The notes below the pieces were generated by a model. The model was not told where the DNA came from, did not search any database, and was given only the letters and a program-made list of their open reading frames with translations. Of a stretch of DNA of 64,000 bases, positions 10,660 through 21,734 are shown piece after piece. The translations under genes were made by a program, and so were the position numbers. This DNA is from Geosiphon pyriformis uo1 (lineage: Eukaryota > Fungi > Glomeromycota), in assembly GCA_016748015.1 (NCBI GenBank), contig JAAOMT010000301.1:1-64000 (forward strand), given 5' to 3'. The stretch's first letter is position 1, and each line of letters opens with the position of its first letter.

Positions 10660-13248
10660 CAGTTTTTTTTAAAACCAGATTCATGAAAAATCTAACATCC
10701 AAATAAATCTTGGCAAAACTTGGTTTAAAAAGATCATCTGTAAACAAAAAAATACTTAGATATCTATGAGTCTTACTTTTTTTCACTATAAAAATATTTA
10801 AACTACTTATTGATAAATGAAAAACCACTGCTTTTTGATTAATAAGAATAACAACTGTTTTTTTAGTGTTAATTAAAATGTTATTGATAACAAAAAATTT
10901 ACTTGTAATGTTTAAGATATATTAAGTAACAGATATGTTATTCCCAATCCAAATTGTATTATCCACAAAAGCCCCAGCTGTTAGAAAAGATGTTATGCCA
11001 ACTTTAAGATCTTGTTTGCCAGTTTTTGTGATAAATTTTGAATTTAATCTGTAGTCAAACAAACTGTTATGCCTCTTAACTTTATATAGCAGAGAATTAT
11101 AAAAATTTTTTCACAGCAGAGATAAAAAAACCTCTACTTGATCCAAATTATTATGACAGTATATCTATCTGTAAACCCAAAATCTGTCATTATCTAATTG
11201 ACTTTATTATTATGAATATTCCCAAAAAACCTAATGAAATGGAAATACATTTTGATTTTATTTAGACTATTTTGCAAATAATATCATTCAACAGAATTTT
11301 ATGGTTTGTACATATCTTAAAAAACCAGTTACAACTTTCTGTTTTTTTTCAAAACATTCTTAATAATAAAGTTCATAACAAAAATCGAAGTTTAAGTGAA
11401 TGTACTTTTTAGAACTGAAAAGTTATTACCATGTAAAACATTAAATTTACTACAGACCAAAGAAATTTTAACTGAGAGTATTTTAGAAAAAAATTTGTAA
11501 ACTGTTTTAATTAAAACTATTGGTCTAGTATTTGTAAGTGTTTCTTTCTAATTATATGTCTTTGGTATTATAGAAATCCAAGCCTCTTTCCATTTTGTAG
11601 GAGTTGTATACAACACTAAACACACATTAAAAATGTTTAACAAATCTTCCAGAACCTGTTCATTATCATGCTTTCAAAGCTTATTAAAAATACCAAAAAG
11701 ATTAAAAGCTTTATTATTAGACAGATTTTTGATCACATCTAAAAATTTATCAAACTTAATATCTTCTATGACTTTTAAAAGTGCACAGTTATTAATATAG
11801 TTCAGAGAAGTATATTGGCTGGACCATTAATTAGACCAAATGTCAGAAATTAAATGTTTTTTTGTTTATTCTTTCATGATAATATTAACTGTAGATTTAA
11901 TTTCACAAGATTTTAAAACAGATTGTTGTTTACAATAAAATAGTCAAGTACAATTTTTTGAAATAGCCATTCCAAAATACTTTTTATTAGAACAAAAATT
12001 TTCCATGTGTTTTTCTATTGTTTTTCTGATAATATTGTCTTTTACAACTTTGAATTCATAATACTTAGATTTGTGATATCTTTTTTTAACACTTGACAAG
12101 TAATAAAAAACCACTTTAGTTTTTTCATTACTGTTAAATAAGAATTCTAACTTAAACACTTTTATTTTATCAATACTAGTCCAGATATTAAGAAAGCAAT
12201 TAGTCTTTAAAAAACAGTCTGTGCTTAAACTTTTCATAATTCTGGTTATTAATAATTCTAGTTTAAAAAATTTCGACAATTGCTTATTTTCAAACACTCA
12301 AATTTGCTAAACCAATATTTAGAAAAAACTTTATTAGCAGAGTTTACTACTACTTCCATCAAAATTTTCTATATTATATCTAGATTTTTACAGCTCTTAG
12401 CATTATTAAATTTTACTGTTTTTAACAAAAACTTTATTAGAGAGCACTTTTTAAACTACAATCACCTAGTCATATTGGCATTTTTGATTTTAAATTTTCA
12501 TTTGTTTTTGTTGGTCTGTATTTGTATGCTGTTTAGATAAATATCTAGGAGACTACTTAAACCAATTGAAACTAATATTATTTTATGATCAGTATTAAAG
12601 AAGTCAAAAACAGAGTCAATCTCATAACTAACAACAACAAACAATAAATTCTCACTAATAAAAATATAATTTATAATCCTATCAATTTCTTTTAAATTGT
12701 TTCAAGTAAAGACTTTAACCAATGAATTGCTGCCAAACAAATTGACCAAACTTAAACCTAAACAAAATTCAAACTCACACTTTTCTTAGAACTATTTTTA
12801 TTAAAATTCTCACTCAAAACCACAAAAGTATTAGAGTTAACAGCCTTAGCAATAAGAAAATTAACAGCTAGAGCTTGACCAAATCTTGTTTCCACAAAAG
12901 CACTAGTATATAAATTCAAAACCATGATTAAAAACTTGTCTCTAAATAGAAGCCATACTGAAATAATATGACTAAGAATTTTTTCTATCTTAAAGACATA
13001 TTGAGGCAAAGAATTGTTCATAATAACAGCCATTCCAGCACTAAAATAACTCTTTTCTAAACCAGATGTAAAAATTCATATACTATCAAACTTAATAACA
13101 ATTTAAGGCTTGATACTAGCTCTTAACTTTGTTTTTGTAACAAAAAAAACCATATTATTTAAATTTGTATGCCAACAAACAATGTCTTTTTATTTAGCAA
13201 GAATTTTGAGACTTTAAATATTGCATGTAGCAAACTTTCAAACTACAT
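10660..13248 (-). mobile_element. Decayed LINE ORF2, 5' half (APE endonuclease and RT)
   Basis: KFATCNI*S (APE start), RT motif AGAFVDNTIWIG, HRYLSIFL...VRFFMNLVLKKT; many stops. Confidence 0.8.
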
Positions 13249-13375
13249 TGTTACAAATGATTATTTGGAGTATAAAAACAAATAACAAATCTGTAACTTA
13301 GTACTTAATAACTGGTATGTGTTGGTAATATCTAAAGGTTTTTGTATCTGAAAATTTTAATTAAGTCTTTTATAT
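13249..13375 (-). repeat. Old B-like LTR, U5 end (interrupted by element C)
   Basis: TGTTACAAATGATTATTTGG is the reverse complement of the B LTR end; continues at 21409. Confidence 0.75.
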
Positions 13376-14350
13376 TGTTACGGTTGAAATACATAGTTTT
13401 TATTAATTATCACATATATTAGTCATTGATGTCATATAATTAGCCACCCTATTTTTAGATAGTAATTGTTGACCTGATCAATGACCTGACCGTTGACCTG
13501 GTCGTTGACCACTTTAGATAGCTATATAAGCGATGATTCCTTTAGCTGTAAAAAGACATGATCAAAGTAACAAAATAAACAATATCAATTACTTTCTTTC
13601 ATAATCGCTTATTCCCCTTTCTTTACCTTCAAGTATCTACTTGTTGGCATTCACATACCTTATCTTTTCTCCTTCTTGATTTGTATTTGTTAGAATTAGC
13701 CTGAGAAGCAATTGGCTTGCTCTTGTAATTCATTGAATAAAAAAATGATTGAAAAGCACAATAATACCTGTTATTGATTCTAAGAATCGCCGAGTTGAGG
13801 CATAGAATAATAGCAGCAGTGTTATCTTGTTGACAATCATGGACTATTCTTCTACCTTCAGATTTAAGAAAAAATTAGCGACTGTGATTTTTATGAGACT
13901 GATCACGCACATTGAATTCCTACTTATTCAATTTGCTCCCTTATTGNNNNNNNNNNNNNNNNNNNNGGCATTCACATACCTTATCTTTTCTCCTTCTTGA
14001 TTTGTATTTGTTAGAATTAGCCTGAGAAGCAATTGGCTTGCTCTTGTAATTCATTGAATAAAAAAATGATTGAAAAGCACAATAATACCTGTTATTGATT
14101 CTAAGAATCGCCGAGTTGAGGCATAGAATAATAGCAGCAGTGTTATCTTGTTGACAATCATGGACTATTCTTCTACCTTCAGATTTAAGAAAAAATTAGC
14201 GACTGTGATTTTTATGAGACTGATCACGCACATTGAATTCCTACTTATTCAATTTGCTCCCTTATTGTAATTCCCTCTTTGTTTATTTCTATCACCATAC
14301 AATACTGTTCTTCCTTGCTATCCGTTAGCTTGTTACTCCAACCCATAACA
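13376..14350 (+). repeat. Element C 5' LTR (inflated by a 301-bp gap-flanking duplication)
   Basis: TGTTACGG...CATAACA; 13646-13946 is repeated at 13967-14267 across an N gap. Confidence 0.9.
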
Positions 14351-14356
14351 TAAAAG

Positions 14357-14373
14357 TGGTGCTCCCTGTGAGG
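14357..14373 (+). promoter_or_regulatory. Primer-binding site of element C
   Basis: TGGTGCTCCCTGTGAGG, 6 nt after the LTR; same core at 22607, 32773, 45215-45231 (-) and 57195. Confidence 0.85.
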
Positions 14374-14402
14374 TAGTCAAAATTCACTTATTCTCTCATT
14401 AT

Positions 14403-15956
14403 ATGGGTGATTATTCATATCTGCCACAGCAATCAGAAGAACACTTTGCAGCACACAACAAAAATGACCAAAGTTTCATTAAACTTAATCCTCTGTCCTC
14501 CTGCTTGATCTGCTTCCCCCTTGAAGAACAATCCAGCAGACAATTCTAAGACTTTTGGAACTGGTTCCTGAACGAGCATTCAGCTGAAACCTACACAGCT
14601 TATACAACCTTTTACTTTGACCAAGCTTATTTTGAAAACAACTTTGAAGAAAAAAACAACAGTATCAATCAGCTCTTATATTCTGCAACCTTTGAACAAC
14701 AGCCCTCTGGTTTCGAATATCTGAATCATCAAATCCACATTTGGATTGCTGCCCATCAAGCAACTGAAACTCTCTTTGAAACAGAAGAAGAAAGCTACCA
14801 AACTGCCCCTGTTTTTGATCTTTTATCAAGCAAATCAGACTCGTCTACACAAACAGTTACCCCTGAACCAATGGCTAATGACCCCATGCAAGCAAACATT
14901 CTGGCCGCCCTCCAAGATATACAAACTGTTTTAGGGCGAAGAAACAACACTCCAATACCATTATTTAGAGGTAATGCACAAGATCCAATTGAATGGTTGG
15001 ATGACTTTGAAAGAACTGCTATGGCCAATTAATATGACGATGAGTACAAGTTCCAAATTGTCAGTGGCTATTTTCAAGGATCTCCTGCTACCTGGTTCTC
15101 ACAAGAAACAGATGCCAATGCCCAGCAAAGAATCGTTAGATGGACACCAGCAAATGTGAGAGAAATCAACACTTCTTTCACTACCTGGTTTGAAAACAAG
15201 TTCAGAACCCCAATATTAATATCAAAATGGCATATGGAATTGGAAAAAAGAACCCAAAGTCCTGGTAAAGTTGTAACTGAATACGCCAAAGCAATCAGAA
15301 AGTTAATCAAATGAGTAGACACTGGAAGAAATTGGACAGAAGAGCAGAAAATTCACTTCTTCACAAAAGAATTGAGAACTGATCTATCGTATGCTCTTTG
15401 GCCCCTCCTGGCCCTGAAAGATAATCCCACCATGGATATGGCCATTGAATTAGCACAAAGAATTGAAGACAACCAAAGGATGCACTTGGGATCCACACTA
15501 CCAGTTTTTGCTCCTGTTCCTGTTATGGCTTCTGCCCCTCAAATGGCTGCTACTTCTTTTGCCACCCACACTCAAGATCCAAATGAACAGTTAATAGACA
15601 GACTAACAGCAAATCTTGCTCGGTTATTAGAACTCTTAGCCCAAGCAGTCAGAGAAAATCAGCAACCACAAAGACCCAGATTTGAACTATGCTTCAATCA
15701 GCCCTAGCAACCACCTTATCAAAGACAACAAAATCGTGGCCCACCTGTATGCTATTGCTGTGGATTAACTGGACACTTTTCAAAAGATTGCAACAATCCT
15801 CCACTGCCTCCACCAGTCCTCAGAAACAATGATGCTCAGAACAACAAGATCAACAACAACAATGTGTCCAACCAAAGACCCAATCATGCCAACATCAATT
15901 TCTTTGAAGAGGATCCCCTAGTTGAAGCCACTGTTTATCAGCCTTTAAACTGGTAG
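14403..15956 (+). pseudogene. Element C gag
   Basis: ATG 14403; capsid-like region QDPIEWLDDFE; CCHC CYCCGLTGHFSKDC; ends YQPLNW*; scattered stops. Confidence 0.85.
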
Positions 15957-15981
15957 GCGCATCTCCAAAGGGTGAGAGTGC
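15944..15981 (+). promoter_or_regulatory. Putative -1 programmed ribosomal frameshift signal
   Basis: T_TTA_AAC in gag frame, 6-nt spacer, stem GCGCATCTC/GAGAGTGC; the -1 frame is open into the pol ORF (MDEL...). Confidence 0.75.
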
Positions 15982-18646
15982 AAGCCAACCAGAAGAAAAC
16001 CTCTTTTACACTTTTAACTTAACTGATGATGACCATGACATGGATGAATTAACAATCAACTTCTCTGAATCCACAAGAAAGAAGAAGAAAGCCAAAGTTG
16101 ATTTTGTTCTAGACCCCAATAAAGCTTCTATATCAACTGCTGACAACAATGAGCCCCCAAAAGCCAAAGTTTTCAAGAACCCTCCAAAGTTGGAACCCCC
16201 AGAAATAGTACAAAAATTCGGTCCCTATTCTGTTGTCAAAGACCTTATGGAAACCCCAGCACATATAACCTTTGGCCAATTAATGACCCATCCACAATTC
16301 AGAAAAGATCTTCGCAAATCCCTGATTCTAAAGAAAAAGACATCCAAAACCAACAAATGCCCTCGCCAAGCTGGACTTGCTGACAATAGCAATGTTACTC
16401 CTCTAATTTGTAAAGCCCAAGTGGCTGGCTACTTCATCAATTTAATTTTAGACAGTGGATCATTTGTTAGTGTTATTGCCAAACACTTTCTTGAAGCAAT
16501 TGGCAGAAAAATTGATGAACCATCTACACGACCAATGACCAATGTGCATGGTGATAAGAAAAAAGGGCTTGGCATAGCCAAAGCTATTTCTGTCTGCATC
16601 AATGGCATCAGCATTGAAACTGATATGGAAGTGTTTGAAGCAAAAGAATACACCATTATTGTTGGCAATGAATGGCTCAAGAAAGCAAAGACTTTGCTTG
16701 ATTATAAACTCTGTGAACTAACCATCAGATGTGGTGAGAAACCCATTGTGGTTAAGTGTCACCATTGGACAACTCCCCCAGTACCCAAGCAGAGCCCAGA
16801 AGAAAATGAATCAGATGAATTAGATGATGAAAAAAGTGAGAAAGAAGAAGAACAAAAAGAACAAGAAGAACAAGAAAAAACTGCTGAACTCGCCTATACC
16901 ATCTTCACTAGCAATAGCAAACCACTGGATAATGTCAAGGCAGATAAAGAAGGAATCATTGTCAATGGTAAGCTGATCTGCTGGCCTTATTATGATATGC
17001 TCAGAAGAACCTTTGACAGAAAGCCAGGCAAAAAAGCCAAATACAGTTATTGGTGGCATGGTCCTTGTGCCCAGTGCTGGTGTGACAAACCATTATATTC
17101 TCCTAGCGATGAATGCATGTCCTGCCTGATCTATTACAAAGATTGGGAACCAATCAGCTTGATACCCCGAGAGGAAATAAAAGAAGTCCAAAAGTCCTTT
17201 GAAAATGAACCACCTAAAATCCAATCACTGGTTGTAGAACAAAGAAAACCCTCTTCAGAAGAAAGAAAAGTAGACATTGAAAACCTGCTGGCTAGAAACA
17301 GCCCAGTTATTTCAAAAGAAGGTGAACCTCCTGGACGTACACATGTGATACAACACACCATCATCACTAGAGAAACTCGCCCCATCCATTTGAAGCCCTA
17401 TCAATCCAACCAGCACAATAATGAGTTTATCAAAAAGGAAATAACCTGAATGAAAACCCTTGGATTTATACAGGAAACCAAGAGTGAATGGGCATTCCCA
17501 GTTGTAGTGATATCCAAGAAAGGAGGAACCCTATGCTTTTGTGTTGACTATCGCCAATTAAATGCCATTACTGAAAGAGACATATACCCACTTTCCAAGA
17601 TTGATGCAATGCTAGACCAATTTCATGGTGCTGCTTTCTTCTCAACCATTGACTTAACTGCTGGATTCTGACAAGTAGAGATGGATCCAGAAAGCAGAAA
17701 GAAAACTGCCTTCATCACCAAGTATGGTACCTACGAATTCACAGTCATGTCTTTTGGTCTCACAAATGCTCCTCCCACATTTCAATGCTTAATAAACAAA
17801 GTATTTGAATCAGTAAAAGAAAACTTTGTTCTAGTCTACTTGAACGACATAATGGTGTACTCAAAAACCTGGGATGAACATCTTGAACATTTGCAAAAGG
17901 TTTTTGACCTCCTTAGAAATGCTGGTCTCAAGATCAATCCAATCAAATTATTCTTTGGACATCAATCCACCCAGTTTCTTGGCCATCTTATTACAAAAGA
18001 TGGAATCTTCCCTGATCCAGCCAAAATTGAAAAAGTTCAAAACATTAGACAACTAATGAATGTTCATGAACTATGCTCTTTTCTTGGTTTGGCCTCTTAT
18101 TATCACAAGTTTGTCAAGAATTTCTCCAAAATCACTGCTCCTCTCAATCAGCTACTTAGGAAAAACATCAATTATTACTGAGGCACTCATCAACAAAAAA
18201 CATTTGAAATTCTGAAGGAAAAACTGGTTACAGAATTCATCCTCATGCAACCTAATTTGGATCAACCTTTTATCCTCCACACTGATGCATCTGACTATGG
18301 ACTTGGTGCTGTTCTTTCCCAAAAAGATGAAGATAACAAAGAACATGCCATAGCATATGCCAGTAGAACTCTCACACTAGCAGAAAGGAACTACTCAGTT
18401 ACTGAGCAGAAATGCTTAGCAGTAGTTTGGGCTACCAGCTACTGGGACAAATATCTTAAGGATGTGAAATTTTTGGTGGTAACAGATCACCAAGCTTTGG
18501 TTTGGCTATGCAACAAAAGAAACCTGGAACATAAACAGATAACTCACTGGATACTCCACTTGGACGAATTTGACTATAACATTTAACACCACAAAGGAGC
18601 TAATCATCAAAATGTCAACACTCTCTCCAGACTTACCATCCAGTGA
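15944..18646 (+). pseudogene. Element C pol (PR, short Cys cluster, RT, RNase H)
   Basis: LILDSGS, IVGNEWL, FCVDYRQLN, VYLND, HTDASD, VTDH, TLSR then TGA TAG TAA. Confidence 0.92.
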
Positions 18647-18711
18647 TAGTAAAACCCTCTCAAACCAAACCAACTTAATTATTTGTAACTCTCCTACAAA
18701 CAAACACGATA

Positions 18712-20007
18712 ATGAACTTGGACAACTACTCTGCTTTAATGAAATTTTTGGATAAAAGACAATACCCGCTGGACTATACTCGACAGCAAAGAGAACATTT
18801 GCACAAACAATCAAATTTTTATTTGATTTGCCAGAACCAGTTATATAAAAGAAATAAAAAAGATTCTAACCACCCCCAGAGAGTCATTAGATTTGAAGAA
18901 AGAGAAATTGTGATCTACAATATGTACACTGATCCATTAGCTGGACACTTTGGAAAAACAAAAACAATTCAGAAAACTTTAGCTCATTATTATTGGCCTA
19001 CCTTGGAAAAAGACATTCCTGAATACATTAAAACCTGTGATACCTGCCAAAGAAGAGGAAAACCCAATCGCAAAGAAGATATCCATCCAATCTCTGTTGG
19101 TCAACCATTTGATAGAATTGGTATAGATGTTGTTGGATCTTTAACAATAACTCCTGATAGCAACAGATACATTATCACAGCTACCGACTATCTTACAAAG
19201 TGGGTAGAAGCAAGAGCTACCCCAGATCAAACAGCAGTCTCAATTGCCAATTTCATTTATGAAGATATTATCTGTCACCACGGCTGTCCCAAAGAACTTT
19301 TATCTGATAGAGGAAGAGCTTTTCTCAGTACACTGGTTGAAAAACTTTGCAGAAAAATGGGAATACGTCATAAACTCTCTTCCCTTTATCACCCCCAAAC
19401 AAATGGCTTAGTGGAACGTTTTAATAGAACACTATGTGAAACCCTAGCCAAAACCAGTGAAGAAATCAACCTATAGGACAAAGTATTGCCTTCAGCCTTG
19501 TTTGCTTACAGAACTGTGAATTATGACATAACAAGTTATGAACTCTTTTATCTGCTCTATGGATGAATGGCAACTCTACCAATAGAAACAATACCTTTTG
19601 AAGAAATAACAATAAGAGATTACAAAAACATTTTGCAAAGAAAACTTGGTACCATTCTTGACTCATTGGTAGAAGCACGGATAATTGCCTTTGAAAAGAT
19701 AAAACAGTTCCAAGAGAAGCTCAAAAAGAAAAAGACCTATAAAACACTTTCCTTAAGTGTTAGTAACTTAGTTTTGGAATACCATTCAGACAGAGACAAT
19801 GTCTATGGTGATAAATTCTTTAGCCAGTGGAAAGGATCCTTTATAGTCAACAAAGTTTTGAACAATGGTTCTTATATCTTACAAGATCAATATGGAACAA
19901 TATTCAGTAATCGCCCTGTTCATGGCACGCAACTCAAGAAATATCACAAACGACCTGATTGGTTATCTGTTGTGGTAATACTGACCCAAATGATCAGCAA
20001 AAATTAG
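18712..20007 (+). pseudogene. Element C integrase (stand-alone ORF)
   Basis: Own ATG (MNLDNY) in a different frame from RH; AGHFG, CDTC, IGIDVVG, SDRG, GLVERFN, QWKGSF. Confidence 0.92.
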
Positions 20008-20711
20008 ATATAAATAAATGCACCATTCCCAAAACAGAGGTATCTTCAATCAACATAAACAATTATTTTCTGGATCAAAACATTCAAAACGCTTTCTATA
20101 CTCTTCATAAGTACTGGATTAAGAACTATCCAAATGCTACTCTGACTATTGGAAAACAAACCACTATAACAGACAACAGTGGAACTCACACTGTTATTAG
20201 ACCAAAGAAAACAACTACCAGAAGAGAAAGAATTGGTGGCAAAATGGATAAATACCTGCTGGAAAGCATAACAGCAGCGATACTTTCACCTTCCAGCACA
20301 ATTGGAAAAACAATACAAGAAATCTTGCCCATAGACAAAAACTTGTCATATGGAAGACAACTAGAACTCTATGGTTGTCTTGGTGAAATTATAGAAGACA
20401 TGAACCTCATGAAGAAAACAACTTCAGAGATACAAGTGGAAATTTTGGGCATTATACGTTTAGATGTCCCAAGAGTTTTGACCATTACAAGAAGAGCCAG
20501 AACTCTTATACAAAGATTTGGTCTCTTGGATACAAAGCTTATTTTGCCTCAAGTACTATATACTCTATCCACAAAAGACTTCAACAAACTAGTTAGTTTT
20601 GAGTTAGACAAAATCCTTCACATAGACTATCCCATAAATAGTTTGATTTCGCTGGAGCTCAATCTCTTTGGAGAAGATGATGTTATGGTTGAAACACATA
20701 GTTTTTATTAA
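19959..20711 (+). CDS. Element C ORF3 (open frame, start uncertain), reads through the PPT into the 3' LTR
   Basis: 250-codon open frame after IN; weak by-eye similarity to ORF3 of A/D/E (LYGCLG, RARTLIQRF, LYTLSTKDF). Confidence 0.6.
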   Translation: MVICCGNTDPNDQQKLDINKCTIPKTEVSSININNYFLDQNIQNAFYTLHKYWIKNYPNATLTIGKQTTITDNSGTHTVIRPKKTTTRRERIGGKMDKYLLESITAAILSPSSTIGKTIQEILPIDKNLSYGRQLELYGCLGEIIEDMNLMKKTTSEIQVEILGIIRLDVPRVLTITRRARTLIQRFGLLDTKLILPQVLYTLSTKDFNKLVSFELDKILHIDYPINSLISLELNLFGEDDVMVETHSFY

Positions 20712-21404
20712 TTATCACATGTATTAGCCACTAATGTCATAATTAGCCACCTTATTTTTAGATAGTGATTGTTGACCTGATCAATGACCTGACCGTTGAT
20801 CTGATCATTGACCTGATCATTGACCTAATCATTGACCTGATCATTGACCTAATCATTGACCTAATCATTGACCTGGTCGTTGACCACTTTAGATAGCTAT
20901 ATAAGCAATGATTCCCTTAGCTGTAGAAAGACATGATTAAAGTAACGAAATAAACAATATTAATTACTTCTTCTCATAATTGCTTATTCCCCTTTCCTTA
21001 CCTTCAAGTATCTACTTGTTGGCATTTACATACCTTATCTTTTCCCCTTCTTGATTTGTATTTGTTAGAATTAGCCTGAAAAGCAATTGGTTTGCTCTTG
21101 TAATTTATTGAATAAAGAAACGATTAAAAAGCACAATGATACCTGTTATTGATTCTAAGAATCGCTGAGTTGAGGCATGGAATAATAGCAGCGGTGTTAT
21201 CTTGTTGACAATCACGGACTATTCCTCTACTTTCAGATTTAAGAAAAAATTAGTAACTGTGATTTTTATGAGACTGATCATGCACATTGAATTCCTACTT
21301 ATTCAATTCGCTCCCTTATTGTAATTTCCTCTTTGTTTATTTCCATCACCATACAATACTGTTCTCCCTTGCTATCCGTTAGCTTGTTACTCCAATCCGT
21401 AACA
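20681..21404 (+). repeat. Element C 3' LTR with expanded 12-bp array
   Basis: TGTTATGG...CGTAACA; preceded by PPT GGAGAAGATGA; (ATTGACCTGATC)n at 20771-20885. Confidence 0.92.
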
Positions 21405-21408
21405 ATAT

Positions 21409-21734
21409 AATAGACAGAAATTTAATAGTAATATCTTTTGGTAATGTTTCTAGTGTTTTCTTAATTCTTGAGTTAGTGTACTTTGTTGTCTGTTGCTTTT
21501 CAGAATATTTATATTCCATCAATTTTTTTCTCAGCTTGGTAACCAGTATCTCCTGATAAGTTATTCTCAATTTCAAATATTTATTCTTATTTCTAGGTCT
21601 TTTACCAGTGCTATATTTTAACATTAGTATTTTATGCATTAATTTTTTTAATTAGTTAGTAAATTAACAAAACAAAAAAAAAATAAAACAAAAAAAAAAA
21701 TAAAACAAAAAATTAATATTTTATCAATAGCTGT
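21409..21734 (-). repeat. Old B-like LTR, continuation (interrupted by element F)
   Basis: Decayed homology to 45360-45665. Confidence 0.65.

Larger units (their letters stand above)
13376..21404 (+). mobile_element. Ty3/Gypsy-type LTR retrotransposon C (full length, decayed, no dUTPase)
   Basis: LTRs 13376-14350 and 20681-21404; TSD ATAT at 13372-13375 and 21405-21408; PBS and PPT present; gag, -1 pol, IN, ORF3. Confidence 0.95.

Noticed and set aside
13646-14267. 301-bp tandem duplication in the C 5' LTR
   Set aside because: Identical copies flank a 20-N gap and the 3' LTR lacks it; assembly overlap
20771-20885. TGACCT repeats as nuclear-receptor response elements
   Set aside because: Fungi lack nuclear receptors; the match is coincidental
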